DNA from: a virus
Length of the DNA stretch: 64,000 nt
Reading direction: 5' to 3' (one strand)
Virus record (IMG/VR): IMGVR_UViG_3300023174_000050
Span: 32,001 to 96,000 of that record
The notes beneath the pieces are model-generated. The model searched no databases and was not told the DNA's origin. It saw nothing but the letters and a program-made list of their open reading frames with translations. The first letter of the stretch is position 1. Each line of letters starts with the position of its first letter. Both the position numbers and the translations under genes were made by a program. Below are positions 46,036 to 57,024 of the stretch, one piece after another.

Positions 46036-46434
46036 ATGGCAACCAGCAAAACTCTCAAACAATATGTAGATTTAGATCTTTCATTTAAGGTAAATCCCTT
46101 TACCAGAGATCTGTATCTAAAAACAGATGAAGATGCAGTAAAAACTGCACTAAGGAATTTATTAAAGACTAAAAATTTTGAAAGACCTTTTCATCCAGAA
46201 ATAGGAACACAAATTCATTCTTTAATGTTTGAAAATTTTACATCTGCTGTAAAAATTGCAATGGAAAGAACAATAAAAGAATCCATAGAAAAATTTGAAC
46301 CTAGAGTTAGACTAATAAATCTAGTTGTAGATGAAACAGAAGATGCAAATGAATTAGTAGTCAATATTATTTTTGCCTTAAAGAATACTAACAACCCTAT
46401 AACAATAACAACATTCATAAGTAGAGTACGATAA
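46036..46434 (+). CDS. gp25: baseplate wedge subunit
   Basis: Y.DLDLSF, ERPFHPEIG, FEPRV. Confidence 0.95.
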   Translation: MATSKTLKQYVDLDLSFKVNPFTRDLYLKTDEDAVKTALRNLLKTKNFERPFHPEIGTQIHSLMFENFTSAVKIAMERTIKESIEKFEPRVRLINLVVDETEDANELVVNIIFALKNTNNPITITTFISRVR

Positions 46435-48287
46435 TGGCAAACTACCGAATAGCAGAATTGGATTTTGATGCAATTAAAATCAATTTAAAATCTTTTCTAA
46501 CAAACTATAGAGATAAAGACAACAATTTAATCTTTAAAGATTATGATTTTGATGCGTCTAGTTTATCGATTCTTTTAGATTTGCTTTCATACAATACACA
46601 TTATAACGCATATTTGGCAAACATGGTTGCTAACGAAATGTTTTTAGATTCTGCGGTTAAAAGAGAATCTGCAGTATCTATTGCAAAACATATGGGGTAT
46701 ACTCCATTATCTTTTAGAAGCGCAAAAGCTAAAGTGACATTTACTGTGTTGAACCCTATTGATTTGCCAACGTCATTAACATTAAGAAGATATTCCCCTT
46801 TTACAACTAATATTAATGGTACCGAATATACATTTGTGAATTTAGATCCGGTAATAATATCTCCGATTGATGGTTCCTATACATTTACAAATGTAGAAAT
46901 AGTTGAAGGAGAACCATTAACATATTCCTATAGAGTAGATTTGTCTGGGCCATCCGAAAAATATACAATACCAAATAATAATATAGATACATCTACGATA
47001 CGAGTAACAGTTCAAAATTCGTATACAGATTTAACAACAGAACAATATACACTTTCAGAAAATTTAAGTGCCGTATTGCCTACCTCTAAAGTATTTTTTC
47101 TCGAACAAAATCCAAGCGGACTGTATGAAATATTTTTTGGTGATGGCATTTTAGGAAAAAAATTAACATCCGGAAATATTGTAAGAATAGAATATTTAGT
47201 AAGCCATGGCGATGAGTGTAATGTTTCATCAGGAATAACGCAGAATTTTTCTTTAGGTACAACAATAGGCGGAGTAAGTTTAGACTCCAGTATAGTAGCT
47301 TCTTCAAATTCAACCGGCGGAGGCGCAGGTGACACTATAGATGAAATAAAATTTAAGGCCCCTAGATTTTTATCATCTTTCAATAGAGCAGTCACTGCAA
47401 ATGATTATAAAGCATTAATAGAAGCAAATTTCCCATTAGTCGAATCCATTTCGGTATGGGGAGGTGAAGAAAATAATCCACCAATGTATGGTAAAGTTAT
47501 TATATCTTTAAAACCGTATGAAGGTTATTCTATTAGTGATACTGTAAAAACTAGTATAATAAAAGACATTTTATCTAGTAAAAAAGTTATGTCTATTATA
47601 CCCGAATTTGTAGATCCAAATTATTTGTATATATCAATAGATGCCAGAATAAAATTCTCCTCAAAAAATTCGAAGTATAATTCTCAAGATATAGAATTAT
47701 TAGTTGTAAATACTATTGAAAATTACTTTAGAAAAGAATTACAAAAATTTAATAAGAATTTTATTTATTCTAAATTATCTAAGTCTATAGATTCAATAGA
47801 TTCTTCTATTATAGGTAACGTAATTAGTTTAAAAATTCAAAAAAGAATTTCTCCAGTTGTAGGCGCAGAAAATGGTTTTTCTGGAAATAATGTTATAAAA
47901 TTTGAAAATAAATTAGTTTCAGGAAGTATTAAATCTACAGCATTTTATTATAATACGAATACAGCAAATACAAATATAAATTCAGTTTATATACAAGATA
48001 ATTTGACTACTGCATCTACTAGTTCTTTAGATTTAATAGATTTTTACTCTGGCACGAAATTGGTTAGCGGCATTGGTACTGTAAATTATACTACAGGGGA
48101 AGTATCATTTCCAAGTTTAATTCCTGCAGGATATATAGAAAATTCTCCAGATATAAGGATATCTGCAAAAATAGAAGAGATGGATATTCAATCTACAAAT
48201 AATCTAATTCTGATAATTGATGATACTAAATTGGATACACTTTCTAAAAGAACTTCGGGATTAACTGTAACAGTAATATCGGAATAA
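46434..48287 (+). CDS. gp6: baseplate wedge subunit
   Basis: ELDFD.IK, LL.YNTHY, FLDSA..RES, RAVT..DY, VWGGE. Confidence 0.95.
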   Translation: MANYRIAELDFDAIKINLKSFLTNYRDKDNNLIFKDYDFDASSLSILLDLLSYNTHYNAYLANMVANEMFLDSAVKRESAVSIAKHMGYTPLSFRSAKAKVTFTVLNPIDLPTSLTLRRYSPFTTNINGTEYTFVNLDPVIISPIDGSYTFTNVEIVEGEPLTYSYRVDLSGPSEKYTIPNNNIDTSTIRVTVQNSYTDLTTEQYTLSENLSAVLPTSKVFFLEQNPSGLYEIFFGDGILGKKLTSGNIVRIEYLVSHGDECNVSSGITQNFSLGTTIGGVSLDSSIVASSNSTGGGAGDTIDEIKFKAPRFLSSFNRAVTANDYKALIEANFPLVESISVWGGEENNPPMYGKVIISLKPYEGYSISDTVKTSIIKDILSSKKVMSIIPEFVDPNYLYISIDARIKFSSKNSKYNSQDIELLVVNTIENYFRKELQKFNKNFIYSKLSKSIDSIDSSIIGNVISLKIQKRISPVVGAENGFSGNNVIKFENKLVSGSIKSTAFYYNTNTANTNINSVYIQDNLTTASTSSLDLIDFYSGTKLVSGIGTVNYTTGEVSFPSLIPAGYIENSPDIRISAKIEEMDIQSTNNLILIIDDTKLDTLSKRTSGLTVTVISE

Positions 48288-48291
48288 ACTA

Positions 48292-49683
48292 ATGTATAAT
48301 ACTTTAACCGATGATTTAGCACTACTTGGGCCATTAAAAATATATGGAGAATCCAAACCCGGACAAGTAAATGGAAACTTACGAGGTTGGTTCTATCCTT
48401 TGTATGTAACAAGAAAAGAAGCCATAGAAGCAGATTTAGAAAAAGGTGGCCTAGGTATTTACAATGTAATTACTTTTTATGACATAGCCGGAGAGTTCTA
48501 TGTTGCAAATAGTTATGGAAAATATGGCGAATTAAAGGATCCTTTAATTTATACTTTGCATACGGGTGACGGTGCAGAAAATCCTTTTGAAAAAATACAA
48601 AACAGACTTTCTATATTAATAGAAAATCAATTACCAGAATTTGTACAAACTGAATATGGAATGTTTATTACTTTTATAAAAGCATACTATGAATTCTTAG
48701 AACAAACTACGCAGGCGCAGGAATTATTGCAAAACATATCCAAGTATGCAGATATAGATGAGACTTCAGAATTGCTAATAAACAAATTCTTTTTAAACTA
48801 TGCAACAGATGTAACAAAAACTTCAATATCAGATAATAAGTTTTTAATTAAAAAAATTAGAGAGATATATAGCAGAAAAGGTACCGAAGAATCTTTTAGA
48901 ATATTATTTAATATTTTATATAAAGAAACTATAGAATTCTTTTATCCTTATAATATTGTATTAAAACCATCATCTGGTAAATGGTATTTACCAAAGACAT
49001 TAAAGGTCAAACAAACTGATAATTTGCAGAATGTATTTGAATTTGAGAATACTGAAATTCAGGGAGCGGTTTCTAAAGCAACAGCTGTAGTAAATAAAGT
49101 ACAAAAAATTAATCTTGGAAATAATGATGTTTATGAATTTATTTTGGATCCGCATAGTATAAAAAATTATTTTCTAAAAAATGAAAAAATAATTGCAACA
49201 AAATCTGTACTTTTAAATAACGTTGTTGATAAATCAAACTTGTCAGTAATAACATATCCAGTGTTATCTAAAATTGATATAATCGATGGTAAATTGGGAT
49301 ATGAAAAAGGAACACCAATAAAATCTATTATAGATAACAGCGGTGTAGGATTATATGCTGCAGCAAAAATTACTGGTGTAAATCAGTATGGTACTATAAC
49401 AAATATAGAAATAGAAAATTCGGGAATAGGGTATAGTAGCAATACTATTATAGTAATTGACCCACCTACACAAATTTTACGAGGAAAATATAGTATAACA
49501 AATGGTATTGTTACAATAGAGTTTCCAACCAATCACGCTATAAAGAAAAATACAATTTTAAAGATAGAATATTTGTCATCGGGTATTTCCGACCCAAGCC
49601 CAATAAAGGGAACATCGCATAAAACCAAAGTTTTATCTGTGCCAAATGTTAGATCTATAAGATTTAAGTATCCGGGATATTAA
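48292..49683 (+). CDS. gp7: gp7-like wedge protein, N-terminal part
   Basis: LPEFV..EY..F..F.KAYYEFLE; IK.I...Y..KGTEESF..LF..LY. Confidence 0.7.
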   Translation: MYNTLTDDLALLGPLKIYGESKPGQVNGNLRGWFYPLYVTRKEAIEADLEKGGLGIYNVITFYDIAGEFYVANSYGKYGELKDPLIYTLHTGDGAENPFEKIQNRLSILIENQLPEFVQTEYGMFITFIKAYYEFLEQTTQAQELLQNISKYADIDETSELLINKFFLNYATDVTKTSISDNKFLIKKIREIYSRKGTEESFRILFNILYKETIEFFYPYNIVLKPSSGKWYLPKTLKVKQTDNLQNVFEFENTEIQGAVSKATAVVNKVQKINLGNNDVYEFILDPHSIKNYFLKNEKIIATKSVLLNNVVDKSNLSVITYPVLSKIDIIDGKLGYEKGTPIKSIIDNSGVGLYAAAKITGVNQYGTITNIEIENSGIGYSSNTIIVIDPPTQILRGKYSITNGIVTIEFPTNHAIKKNTILKIEYLSSGISDPSPIKGTSHKTKVLSVPNVRSIRFKYPGY

Positions 49684-51207
49684 ATGGCATATACACTAAG
49701 TTATAATAGATCTTCAGTATCAGAAGGTTCCTCAGTAATAATTACTTTGAGTAATACAGGTTTGCCTGACGGAACATTAGTACCATTTATTGTTAGTGGT
49801 ACTAATATAACACCTTATGATTTTATTGGATTAAATTCTCTATCTGGTAATTTTTTAATAAAAAAGAATACTGGTAGTGTTGTCCTATATCCTTCAAACG
49901 ATTTAACTACCGAAGGATTGGAAACAATTATATTAAGATTATCCGGAACAGGGAGATCCGAAAATATAGCAATTAATCTTGTAGACACCTCCCCCCAAAC
50001 TAATAACATTGCAGAATTTAGTATAGTACCAAATCGCCCTTTTATTTTGGAGGGAGAAACTTTTGTATTTACTATTACTGGGCTAAATGTCCCAATAGGA
50101 ACCGTGGTACCCTATCAAATTTTTGGAATTCAAAATACAGACGTGTATAATGTACCAATGTCGGGGGAATTAATTTTTGCTGCAAATAGTACATATGATA
50201 CTACTGCAAATATTACTCTAACCGCAATACAAGATTTTTTAACAGACGGTACTGAAAATATAGCACTTTTATTGTATCCAACTATAGCATATACTTTAGC
50301 AGTTAATGGTACAACCTATTTAATAGATAGTTCTACAGAATTATCCGGATATTATTCTATAGAAACAAATAAACTTAAAGTAATAGAAAATGACACTATA
50401 ACTTTTTTCGTAATTGGTAAAAATATTCAGGCAGGAGCAAATGTAAAGTATGCATTAAAGTCATGGACTAATCCAAATATAGATTCGGAATTTGAGATTC
50501 CCTCAGAATTAACTTTGGATGATTTTGAAAATTTAACTTCACTTGAAGGAAACTTTCCTCCATTGCATGCAAATGATGCCACAAGTAATATTGCAAGTGT
50601 TACTTTTAAAATAAAAGATGATTTTATTTTTGAACCAAGCGAATATTTTTACATGGAAATTACCACACCCGAAGGATATAAAACTAGTTCTGCCGTAGTT
50701 GAAATTGTTGATTCTGGTAATAGTTATTTAAGAACTAGTAATACGTTTACTGGTAACGTAAATGTGTCTTTTGTGGACAAAGCAATATTGTCAGCAAACA
50801 TAGGAGCAATATCCAATAAACCTGGATTTTGGATAGATTCAACTGGACAAGTGTCCGAAACCATGGTTTTACAGGGTAAAACATTTGATGACACCATAAC
50901 ATCTCCAGTTTTTTATCAACCATTTTCTTATGTTATTCGTTCAAAATTATCAATAGATACCTGGGAAAATACTGTAAAAAGTATTTTACATCCTGCAGGG
51001 TTTGTGTTATTTAGCGAAATAAATAATGAGACAGATCCGAATTCTCCCAATTATGCAAATGTGAACGTGTATGTTGAGGACACCGAAATTTATACGTATT
51101 CTACAGTTACAATAGATTCATTGTCATTAAATATATCCAACGTATTTTTAAGTAATGCTGTAGAAAGATTATCCGCAGATGCTACATTCTTCCCTTTTAA
51201 TATTTGA
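49684..51207 (+). CDS. gp7-like wedge protein, C-terminal part with Calx-beta/Ig-like repeats
   Basis: Repeated SV.EG...T.EG.E beta units; FYQPFSYVIRS...W...VK..LHPAGF. Confidence 0.65.
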   Translation: MAYTLSYNRSSVSEGSSVIITLSNTGLPDGTLVPFIVSGTNITPYDFIGLNSLSGNFLIKKNTGSVVLYPSNDLTTEGLETIILRLSGTGRSENIAINLVDTSPQTNNIAEFSIVPNRPFILEGETFVFTITGLNVPIGTVVPYQIFGIQNTDVYNVPMSGELIFAANSTYDTTANITLTAIQDFLTDGTENIALLLYPTIAYTLAVNGTTYLIDSSTELSGYYSIETNKLKVIENDTITFFVIGKNIQAGANVKYALKSWTNPNIDSEFEIPSELTLDDFENLTSLEGNFPPLHANDATSNIASVTFKIKDDFIFEPSEYFYMEITTPEGYKTSSAVVEIVDSGNSYLRTSNTFTGNVNVSFVDKAILSANIGAISNKPGFWIDSTGQVSETMVLQGKTFDDTITSPVFYQPFSYVIRSKLSIDTWENTVKSILHPAGFVLFSEINNETDPNSPNYANVNVYVEDTEIYTYSTVTIDSLSLNISNVFLSNAVERLSADATFFPFNI

Positions 51208-51238
51208 AATTTTTAAACCATTCATCAATAAATAAAAA

Positions 51239-52531
51239 ATGCCGAAAATAATAACTAGTAAATTAAAAATAGATAATGCAAAAAATTTCATTGATAGATT
51301 CAATGATACTAATAATACTTTGTATTTCTTTTTAGGCAAACCTAGTGCATGGCCCGACGAAACCGCCCCGTTAACTTTAAACGATTATTCCCACGATATT
51401 AATAAAGTTTGGGATGAAATGATTAGTTTGAAACGAGTACTTCCTACTAGTATAGCAAATGTGGTAAGAAGAATAAATTGGGAAAAAAATACAATTTATG
51501 TTCCATATGATGATCAAGATATTGATTTATTTTCAAAAGAATTCTATGTATTAAATTCAGAAAATAATGTATATAAATGTATATCAAATGCTAATGGTTT
51601 GGTGTCGTTAGTTGAGCCCACAGGAACAAGTACAGATATTACCACATTTTCGGATGGATATCGTTGGAAGTATTTATATTCTATTGGCATAGGAGATTCA
51701 TTAAAATTTTTAACAAGTAAATGGATGCCTGTATTTAAAAATACTATTGTGGCAAATGCTGCTATAGGCGGTGCAATAGAACACGTAAAAATAATAAATT
51801 CTGGCGCAAATTATCCCAGAACAACTATAATTAATATATTAGGCGACGGAATAAATGCATCGTTGGTTCCTAAACTAAATTTGGGAGTTATATATGATTT
51901 CTTTTATATTAATGTGGGCAATGATTATCGATATGCAACCGCAAGCGTAGATGATACTAGCAATGTGGGAAGTTACGCAAATATTAGACCTATAGTAAGT
52001 CCATATAAAGGACATGGGTTTGATCCAATTGAAGAATTGAATGCCAATAAAATTATGATAAATGTTAAAACTGATTATAATGAAGGGTTTGGAGATTTTC
52101 CGGGACAGTTCTCATATAGGACATTTGGAATTTTAAATAATCCAAAAAGATTAGATGGCAGTTTTGCAAGTAATACCACACTAAGTGCATTACCAGGAAT
52201 ATATGTAAGATCCTGCTCCAACGTATTTTCACAGTATGAGTATATAGAAGGCAGTGTTAGTTCAGCAAATGCGTTTGTAATTACATCCAACATTAATAGT
52301 GGCAATGGATATGCAAAATTTATTCAAACATTTGATAAAACAAATTTTAATAATTTTATACCCGGTGAAGTTGTTATTGGAAAAACTTCAGGAACGACTG
52401 CGATAGTATCAAATTTATTATATCCCGAAGTATTAAAAAATGAAGGATCTATTTTTTATATAGAAAATAGAACTCCAATAACAAGATCAAAAGATCAAAC
52501 AGACAATTTACATTTAGTAATAGAGTTTTAA
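51239..52531 (+). CDS. gp8: baseplate wedge subunit
   Basis: Y.F.GKP..W, VRRI.W, YV.N...VYKC, DGY.WKYLY, YIENR.PI.R..DQ...IEF. Confidence 0.9.
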   Translation: MPKIITSKLKIDNAKNFIDRFNDTNNTLYFFLGKPSAWPDETAPLTLNDYSHDINKVWDEMISLKRVLPTSIANVVRRINWEKNTIYVPYDDQDIDLFSKEFYVLNSENNVYKCISNANGLVSLVEPTGTSTDITTFSDGYRWKYLYSIGIGDSLKFLTSKWMPVFKNTIVANAAIGGAIEHVKIINSGANYPRTTIINILGDGINASLVPKLNLGVIYDFFYINVGNDYRYATASVDDTSNVGSYANIRPIVSPYKGHGFDPIEELNANKIMINVKTDYNEGFGDFPGQFSYRTFGILNNPKRLDGSFASNTTLSALPGIYVRSCSNVFSQYEYIEGSVSSANAFVITSNINSGNGYAKFIQTFDKTNFNNFIPGEVVIGKTSGTTAIVSNLLYPEVLKNEGSIFYIENRTPITRSKDQTDNLHLVIEF

Positions 52532-52540
52532 GGAAAAAAA

Positions 52541-55500
52541 ATGGCAACATCAACAAGTGTTTCTCCGTATTTTGATGATTATTCTGAGGATAAGAATTTT
52601 TATCGAGTATTATATAAACCCGGAGTTGCAATACAATCAAGAGAACTTAATCAATCTCAAACAATATTACAAAATCAAATTAAACGCGTAGGTGATTATC
52701 TATTTAATAACGGACAACGTATTAAAGGTTCAAATCCAAGTGTAAATCTTGATGCGAGAACGGTTCGCCTAACTGGTAAAAATACAAATGGACAAAATAT
52801 AGTCCTTGATAATTTTTTAGGAAAATATGTTACTAGTTTAAATACTGATATCATAGGGTATGTGGAATTTGTTTTTGAAAGAGATGATCCTCAAATTGGA
52901 GATTTGCCTTGTATAGTTATTAGTTTGAAAAAATTTAATGATACCAATAACGGATTCTTTTTTGAATTAGATACATTATATTTTCACGATACTCTAACTC
53001 AGGCATTAAACAAAACCACAACATTATTAACCGCAGTTACAGAACAAAATATTATTAAAAATATTACTTCTACTGCAACACAATATTCCAAAACTATAAT
53101 TTTTTCATCCGCAACTACTCTGGTTGAAGTTGGAGATTTATTAGTTCACCCTACACTAAATAAAGCAATATATGTAACTAAAATTATAAATGCAACTACT
53201 GTAAATATTAATGAGGCCCCTGGGGTAAATATAACTGCAGAAAATATTCAGTTTATTAAAAAATCATCTTGTCCAACATCTATTGTTACTCAACCAAATA
53301 CGTATTTTTACAATGATGGATTTTTACTAAGGTCAGATACACAAAGTGTTGTTCCTGATAAAAATACTGCATTTCCAAGTAAAGTAATTGGTTTCTATGT
53401 AACAGAACAAATAATTACCAGCGAAGATGATCCTTCATTATTAGATCCTGCAATAGGAAGTTCTAATTATTTTGCAACAGGTGCAGATAGATTAAAAATA
53501 AGTTTATCATTAACATCTTTTGATGTCAATGAAGATTACAAAGCAACGACAACTGATACTATAATTCCTTTATTAACATTTAATAGAGGGGATATAGAAA
53601 TTGTATCTGAAAATAATATTTCGGGCGAACTAAGAAAAGAACTTGAAGATAGAACTTATGATCAATCTGGCAACTATGTAGTTAATCCTTTTATAGTAAC
53701 TCCATCCGCAGATATGACTGATGATGAATATCTTCGTTTTAATGTTTCTTCAGGAAAAGCATATATTGGCGGAAAAGAAGTAGCAACAATATCAACCACA
53801 CAATTACTTGTACTTAGACCAACAACTACGGATACCAGACTAGGATACAATATTACAACTACGCAAGGTAACTATATTCAAGTTACAGATGTAAATGACT
53901 ATGGTAATAGCACAGTTATTCCTTTACCAGAAACAATAACACAAGGTGAAATGTTTTTAGAAATGCACAATGTTACAAATCCTACTTCTAATACAACACA
54001 AGTGGGAACCCTTGCATTTAAATCTTTGGAGTATGATAGTTCTTTGGGTGCCAATTCCAAAACACAATTTAAATTATTATATCACTATTATTCTCAGATT
54101 GTGGATGCACCTGCAAGTTGGGCAGCATGGTCTACAAAATATGGAATTTCGGAAGCGGATGGTCGATTTATTGCAGATACATTCTATAGTTCTCCCAGTG
54201 CAAATACTCTATTAGGAAATTATGGTCCAGCGGCTACACCATGTTACGCATTGTATAGAGAGCCAGATACCGGAGGAGTAGCCTTTTGGTATAACACGTG
54301 GAATACTTTGGATGGTCGAGATATTGCATTAACAAAGAAAAGATTTGCTGAAGGTGTATTAGCATTTGATACTACAAATTCTGATCGTGCAAGAATGCTA
54401 TCGAGTACAAAATCTTTCTTATCGGTATCTAACGGCAGTCCATTTATAGATGGTTTAACCAATGCCAAAAAGGTTAAAAGTTTAATTGGAGTACGAAACT
54501 CTTTAACAAATCATTATACTGCTGCAACATATACTGCTCCGTTCTTTTATGCAAATGTTGCCGAACAAAGTATATCTTCAACCGGAGATTTACTAATTAA
54601 AGATCCTAGACCATCGGATCTTTTAGTTTTTCCTATATCAAAAGATAATATAAAAAATCTTGATAAAATTAATACTACTTACTATAGGTCAATAAGAAAT
54701 GCAGTCTTTTCTGGGGGCGTATATACTAAATCATTATCCTCTCCAGAGACTTTCGCATTAGGCGATGGAACTGTTGTTGCAAGTACTGCAAGAAAAAATT
54801 TTACAGTAATTATAAAATCTGGTGCAACAGCAAATACAAAACTCGGAGTAGCAAATTTGGAAAGAGGTTCTGTTACGATCTCATCGGATTCATCCACAGC
54901 ATCTATAAATTTAAACGATGCAGGTTATTCTGGCGTTGCAGATATATTATATCTTGTAGAAAGTAATAATGTACCACCAAGAACTAAAACTTTAGTAAAA
55001 GATGCTTCAACATTTGTAAATATAACTCAACCAGATTTGGCATATAGTTTATATATTTCCGATATTGCTCGGTTTGGGGGCATTTACAAACGAGGTGATG
55101 TTTTAAATTTAACGGGTGTTTGGAATGCAAATACTTATTACACATATAATCAACAAGTTATTAAAAACGGAGCAGTATATACTGCAATAGCCCCTGCGCA
55201 GGGAATTGATGTTAGTTTTGCCAATGTTTGGTCACGGGTTAGTCAATTATCAGGAAATATACTTATTCTTAATGATGGCCAAAAGGACAGTTGGTATGAC
55301 CATGGATATGTAAAATACGCCGGACCCACTTCGGGAGTGCCAGGAAATGTATTAGTTATTTTTGATTATTTTAATCATTCGGGTGAGGGCCCTATTACTG
55401 TAAATTCATATCCTGCAAACTACTATAGAAGTATAGGCCAATATAAATCAGTGGTTGATGCAAAAGAATATACATTAAGAGATTGCTTAGATTTTAGACC

Positions 55501-57022
55501 AAAAAGAACTAATGGGTCTGTTTACTTAAATTTTGATACTGCAATATTTCCATCCACAGATGTAAACACTGAAGCAGATGTAACATATTATTTGCCTAGA
55601 ATAGATAAATTATATCTTTCCAAAGACTCGGTAAATTTTGAAACTCCTTATGATAAATTTTTTATTACAAATGGGAGTGAATCCAACGCCCCAGGTACAT
55701 CACCGTTAGTTGCGGATAAAACTAAATTGGCAATAGCTACTATACAATTACCTCCATTTGCAGAAAGTGCATTTAGTTGTTCGATTGTATACGAAAATAA
55801 TACTAGATTTACTATGGCAGACATAGGCAAAATCCAGCAAACAACATTAAGATTGGATAAAGCAGTAAAAGTCCATAGTATAGAAATTGCAAATCTCAAG
55901 GCAATCATTCAAAATGATGCCGGGGATACGTTATTAAAATCTGGTATACTTGTAGATAATTTTCAAGATTTTTCCAAAACAGATATTTTATCTGGAGGAT
56001 TTTTCTGCGCAATAAACACAAAACAAGGAATATGCTATCCAATGTTTTCGGCATATAATGTAGATTTAAATATAACATCTCAAACAAATGTCAATATTGC
56101 AAATGATATAATTACTGCAAAATATGTTGAGGAAGTTCTAGTGTCCCAAGTGGAAGCAAATGGGACTGTCAATCCCAATCCTGGCGGAATTAATGATCGT
56201 AGAGGAAGAGCAGAATTATCTCAACAAAATTCATACAAGGTCAACTTATTACAAACTGGGTTGCAGCTTTATGGTACTTATCTATTGGGGCAGGGAATAG
56301 TTGCAGCAGGTACTGCGTTAATTGGGGGTGCCTCCGTAAGCGAGGCTTGGTCACTAGCGGTTAATGCAGTAACCGGATCGGCTTTGAGCCCTGCATCTTT
56401 AGTTGGATATGCGGTTGATGCATATAATTTTGCAACATCTGGCACAGTTGGTGCCACAATTTCCGCAGGTTTTGATACTGTAGTGAGTTGGATATCAGGC
56501 ACCTCTACATCCACCGCGTTAAGCGGATCTACAACGTGGGCTACCGCCGAGGGGGTAGCAGTTGCAGAAGGTGGTAGTTATTTTGCCACCTTTGCCGCCA
56601 ATAACCCCACCCTCTATGCCGCTGTACCATATATTGCAGCAATTATAGCAATTGATACAATTACTGGAGGACATATAGTTCATGATGTGGTTAGAGAAGT
56701 TGGCAATGCAGTAGATAGTGTTGGTAAGGTAGTAAGTAATGTAGCAGGTGCAGTTGGCGATTTTGTGAATAATCCAATCGGGTCAGTTAAGAAATTATTT
56801 TCTGATATTAGAACAAAAGAAAAAATTAAATTTATAAAACAAATAAAAACCGGATTGAATCTATATTCATTTGAATACAAATCAGAATTTAAAAATCATC
56901 CATTGGCAGGTCATGGTAGATATGAGGGCTTTATGGCACACGAAGTTGAACAATTATATCCAAATGCTGTAGAAATAAACGATGGGTATAAAACAATTAA
57001 TTATTCACTAATAGGAATTTAA
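52541..57022 (+). CDS. large virion structural protein (DUF4815/VrlC-like) with C-terminal S74 chaperone
   Basis: PYFDDY...FYRVL.KPG..IQ.RELNQ.Q, GADR, RT.D.SG.Y, DFRP, YYLPRID, GILVDNF; terminal SDIRTK...GFMA.EV. Confidence 0.75.
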   Translation: MATSTSVSPYFDDYSEDKNFYRVLYKPGVAIQSRELNQSQTILQNQIKRVGDYLFNNGQRIKGSNPSVNLDARTVRLTGKNTNGQNIVLDNFLGKYVTSLNTDIIGYVEFVFERDDPQIGDLPCIVISLKKFNDTNNGFFFELDTLYFHDTLTQALNKTTTLLTAVTEQNIIKNITSTATQYSKTIIFSSATTLVEVGDLLVHPTLNKAIYVTKIINATTVNINEAPGVNITAENIQFIKKSSCPTSIVTQPNTYFYNDGFLLRSDTQSVVPDKNTAFPSKVIGFYVTEQIITSEDDPSLLDPAIGSSNYFATGADRLKISLSLTSFDVNEDYKATTTDTIIPLLTFNRGDIEIVSENNISGELRKELEDRTYDQSGNYVVNPFIVTPSADMTDDEYLRFNVSSGKAYIGGKEVATISTTQLLVLRPTTTDTRLGYNITTTQGNYIQVTDVNDYGNSTVIPLPETITQGEMFLEMHNVTNPTSNTTQVGTLAFKSLEYDSSLGANSKTQFKLLYHYYSQIVDAPASWAAWSTKYGISEADGRFIADTFYSSPSANTLLGNYGPAATPCYALYREPDTGGVAFWYNTWNTLDGRDIALTKKRFAEGVLAFDTTNSDRARMLSSTKSFLSVSNGSPFIDGLTNAKKVKSLIGVRNSLTNHYTAATYTAPFFYANVAEQSISSTGDLLIKDPRPSDLLVFPISKDNIKNLDKINTTYYRSIRNAVFSGGVYTKSLSSPETFALGDGTVVASTARKNFTVIIKSGATANTKLGVANLERGSVTISSDSSTASINLNDAGYSGVADILYLVESNNVPPRTKTLVKDASTFVNITQPDLAYSLYISDIARFGGIYKRGDVLNLTGVWNANTYYTYNQQVIKNGAVYTAIAPAQGIDVSFANVWSRVSQLSGNILILNDGQKDSWYDHGYVKYAGPTSGVPGNVLVIFDYFNHSGEGPITVNSYPANYYRSIGQYKSVVDAKEYTLRDCLDFRPKRTNGSVYLNFDTAIFPSTDVNTEADVTYYLPRIDKLYLSKDSVNFETPYDKFFITNGSESNAPGTSPLVADKTKLAIATIQLPPFAESAFSCSIVYENNTRFTMADIGKIQQTTLRLDKAVKVHSIEIANLKAIIQNDAGDTLLKSGILVDNFQDFSKTDILSGGFFCAINTKQGICYPMFSAYNVDLNITSQTNVNIANDIITAKYVEEVLVSQVEANGTVNPNPGGINDRRGRAELSQQNSYKVNLLQTGLQLYGTYLLGQGIVAAGTALIGGASVSEAWSLAVNAVTGSALSPASLVGYAVDAYNFATSGTVGATISAGFDTVVSWISGTSTSTALSGSTTWATAEGVAVAEGGSYFATFAANNPTLYAAVPYIAAIIAIDTITGGHIVHDVVREVGNAVDSVGKVVSNVAGAVGDFVNNPIGSVKKLFSDIRTKEKIKFIKQIKTGLNLYSFEYKSEFKNHPLAGHGRYEGFMAHEVEQLYPNAVEINDGYKTINYSLIGI

Positions 57023-57024
57023 AA

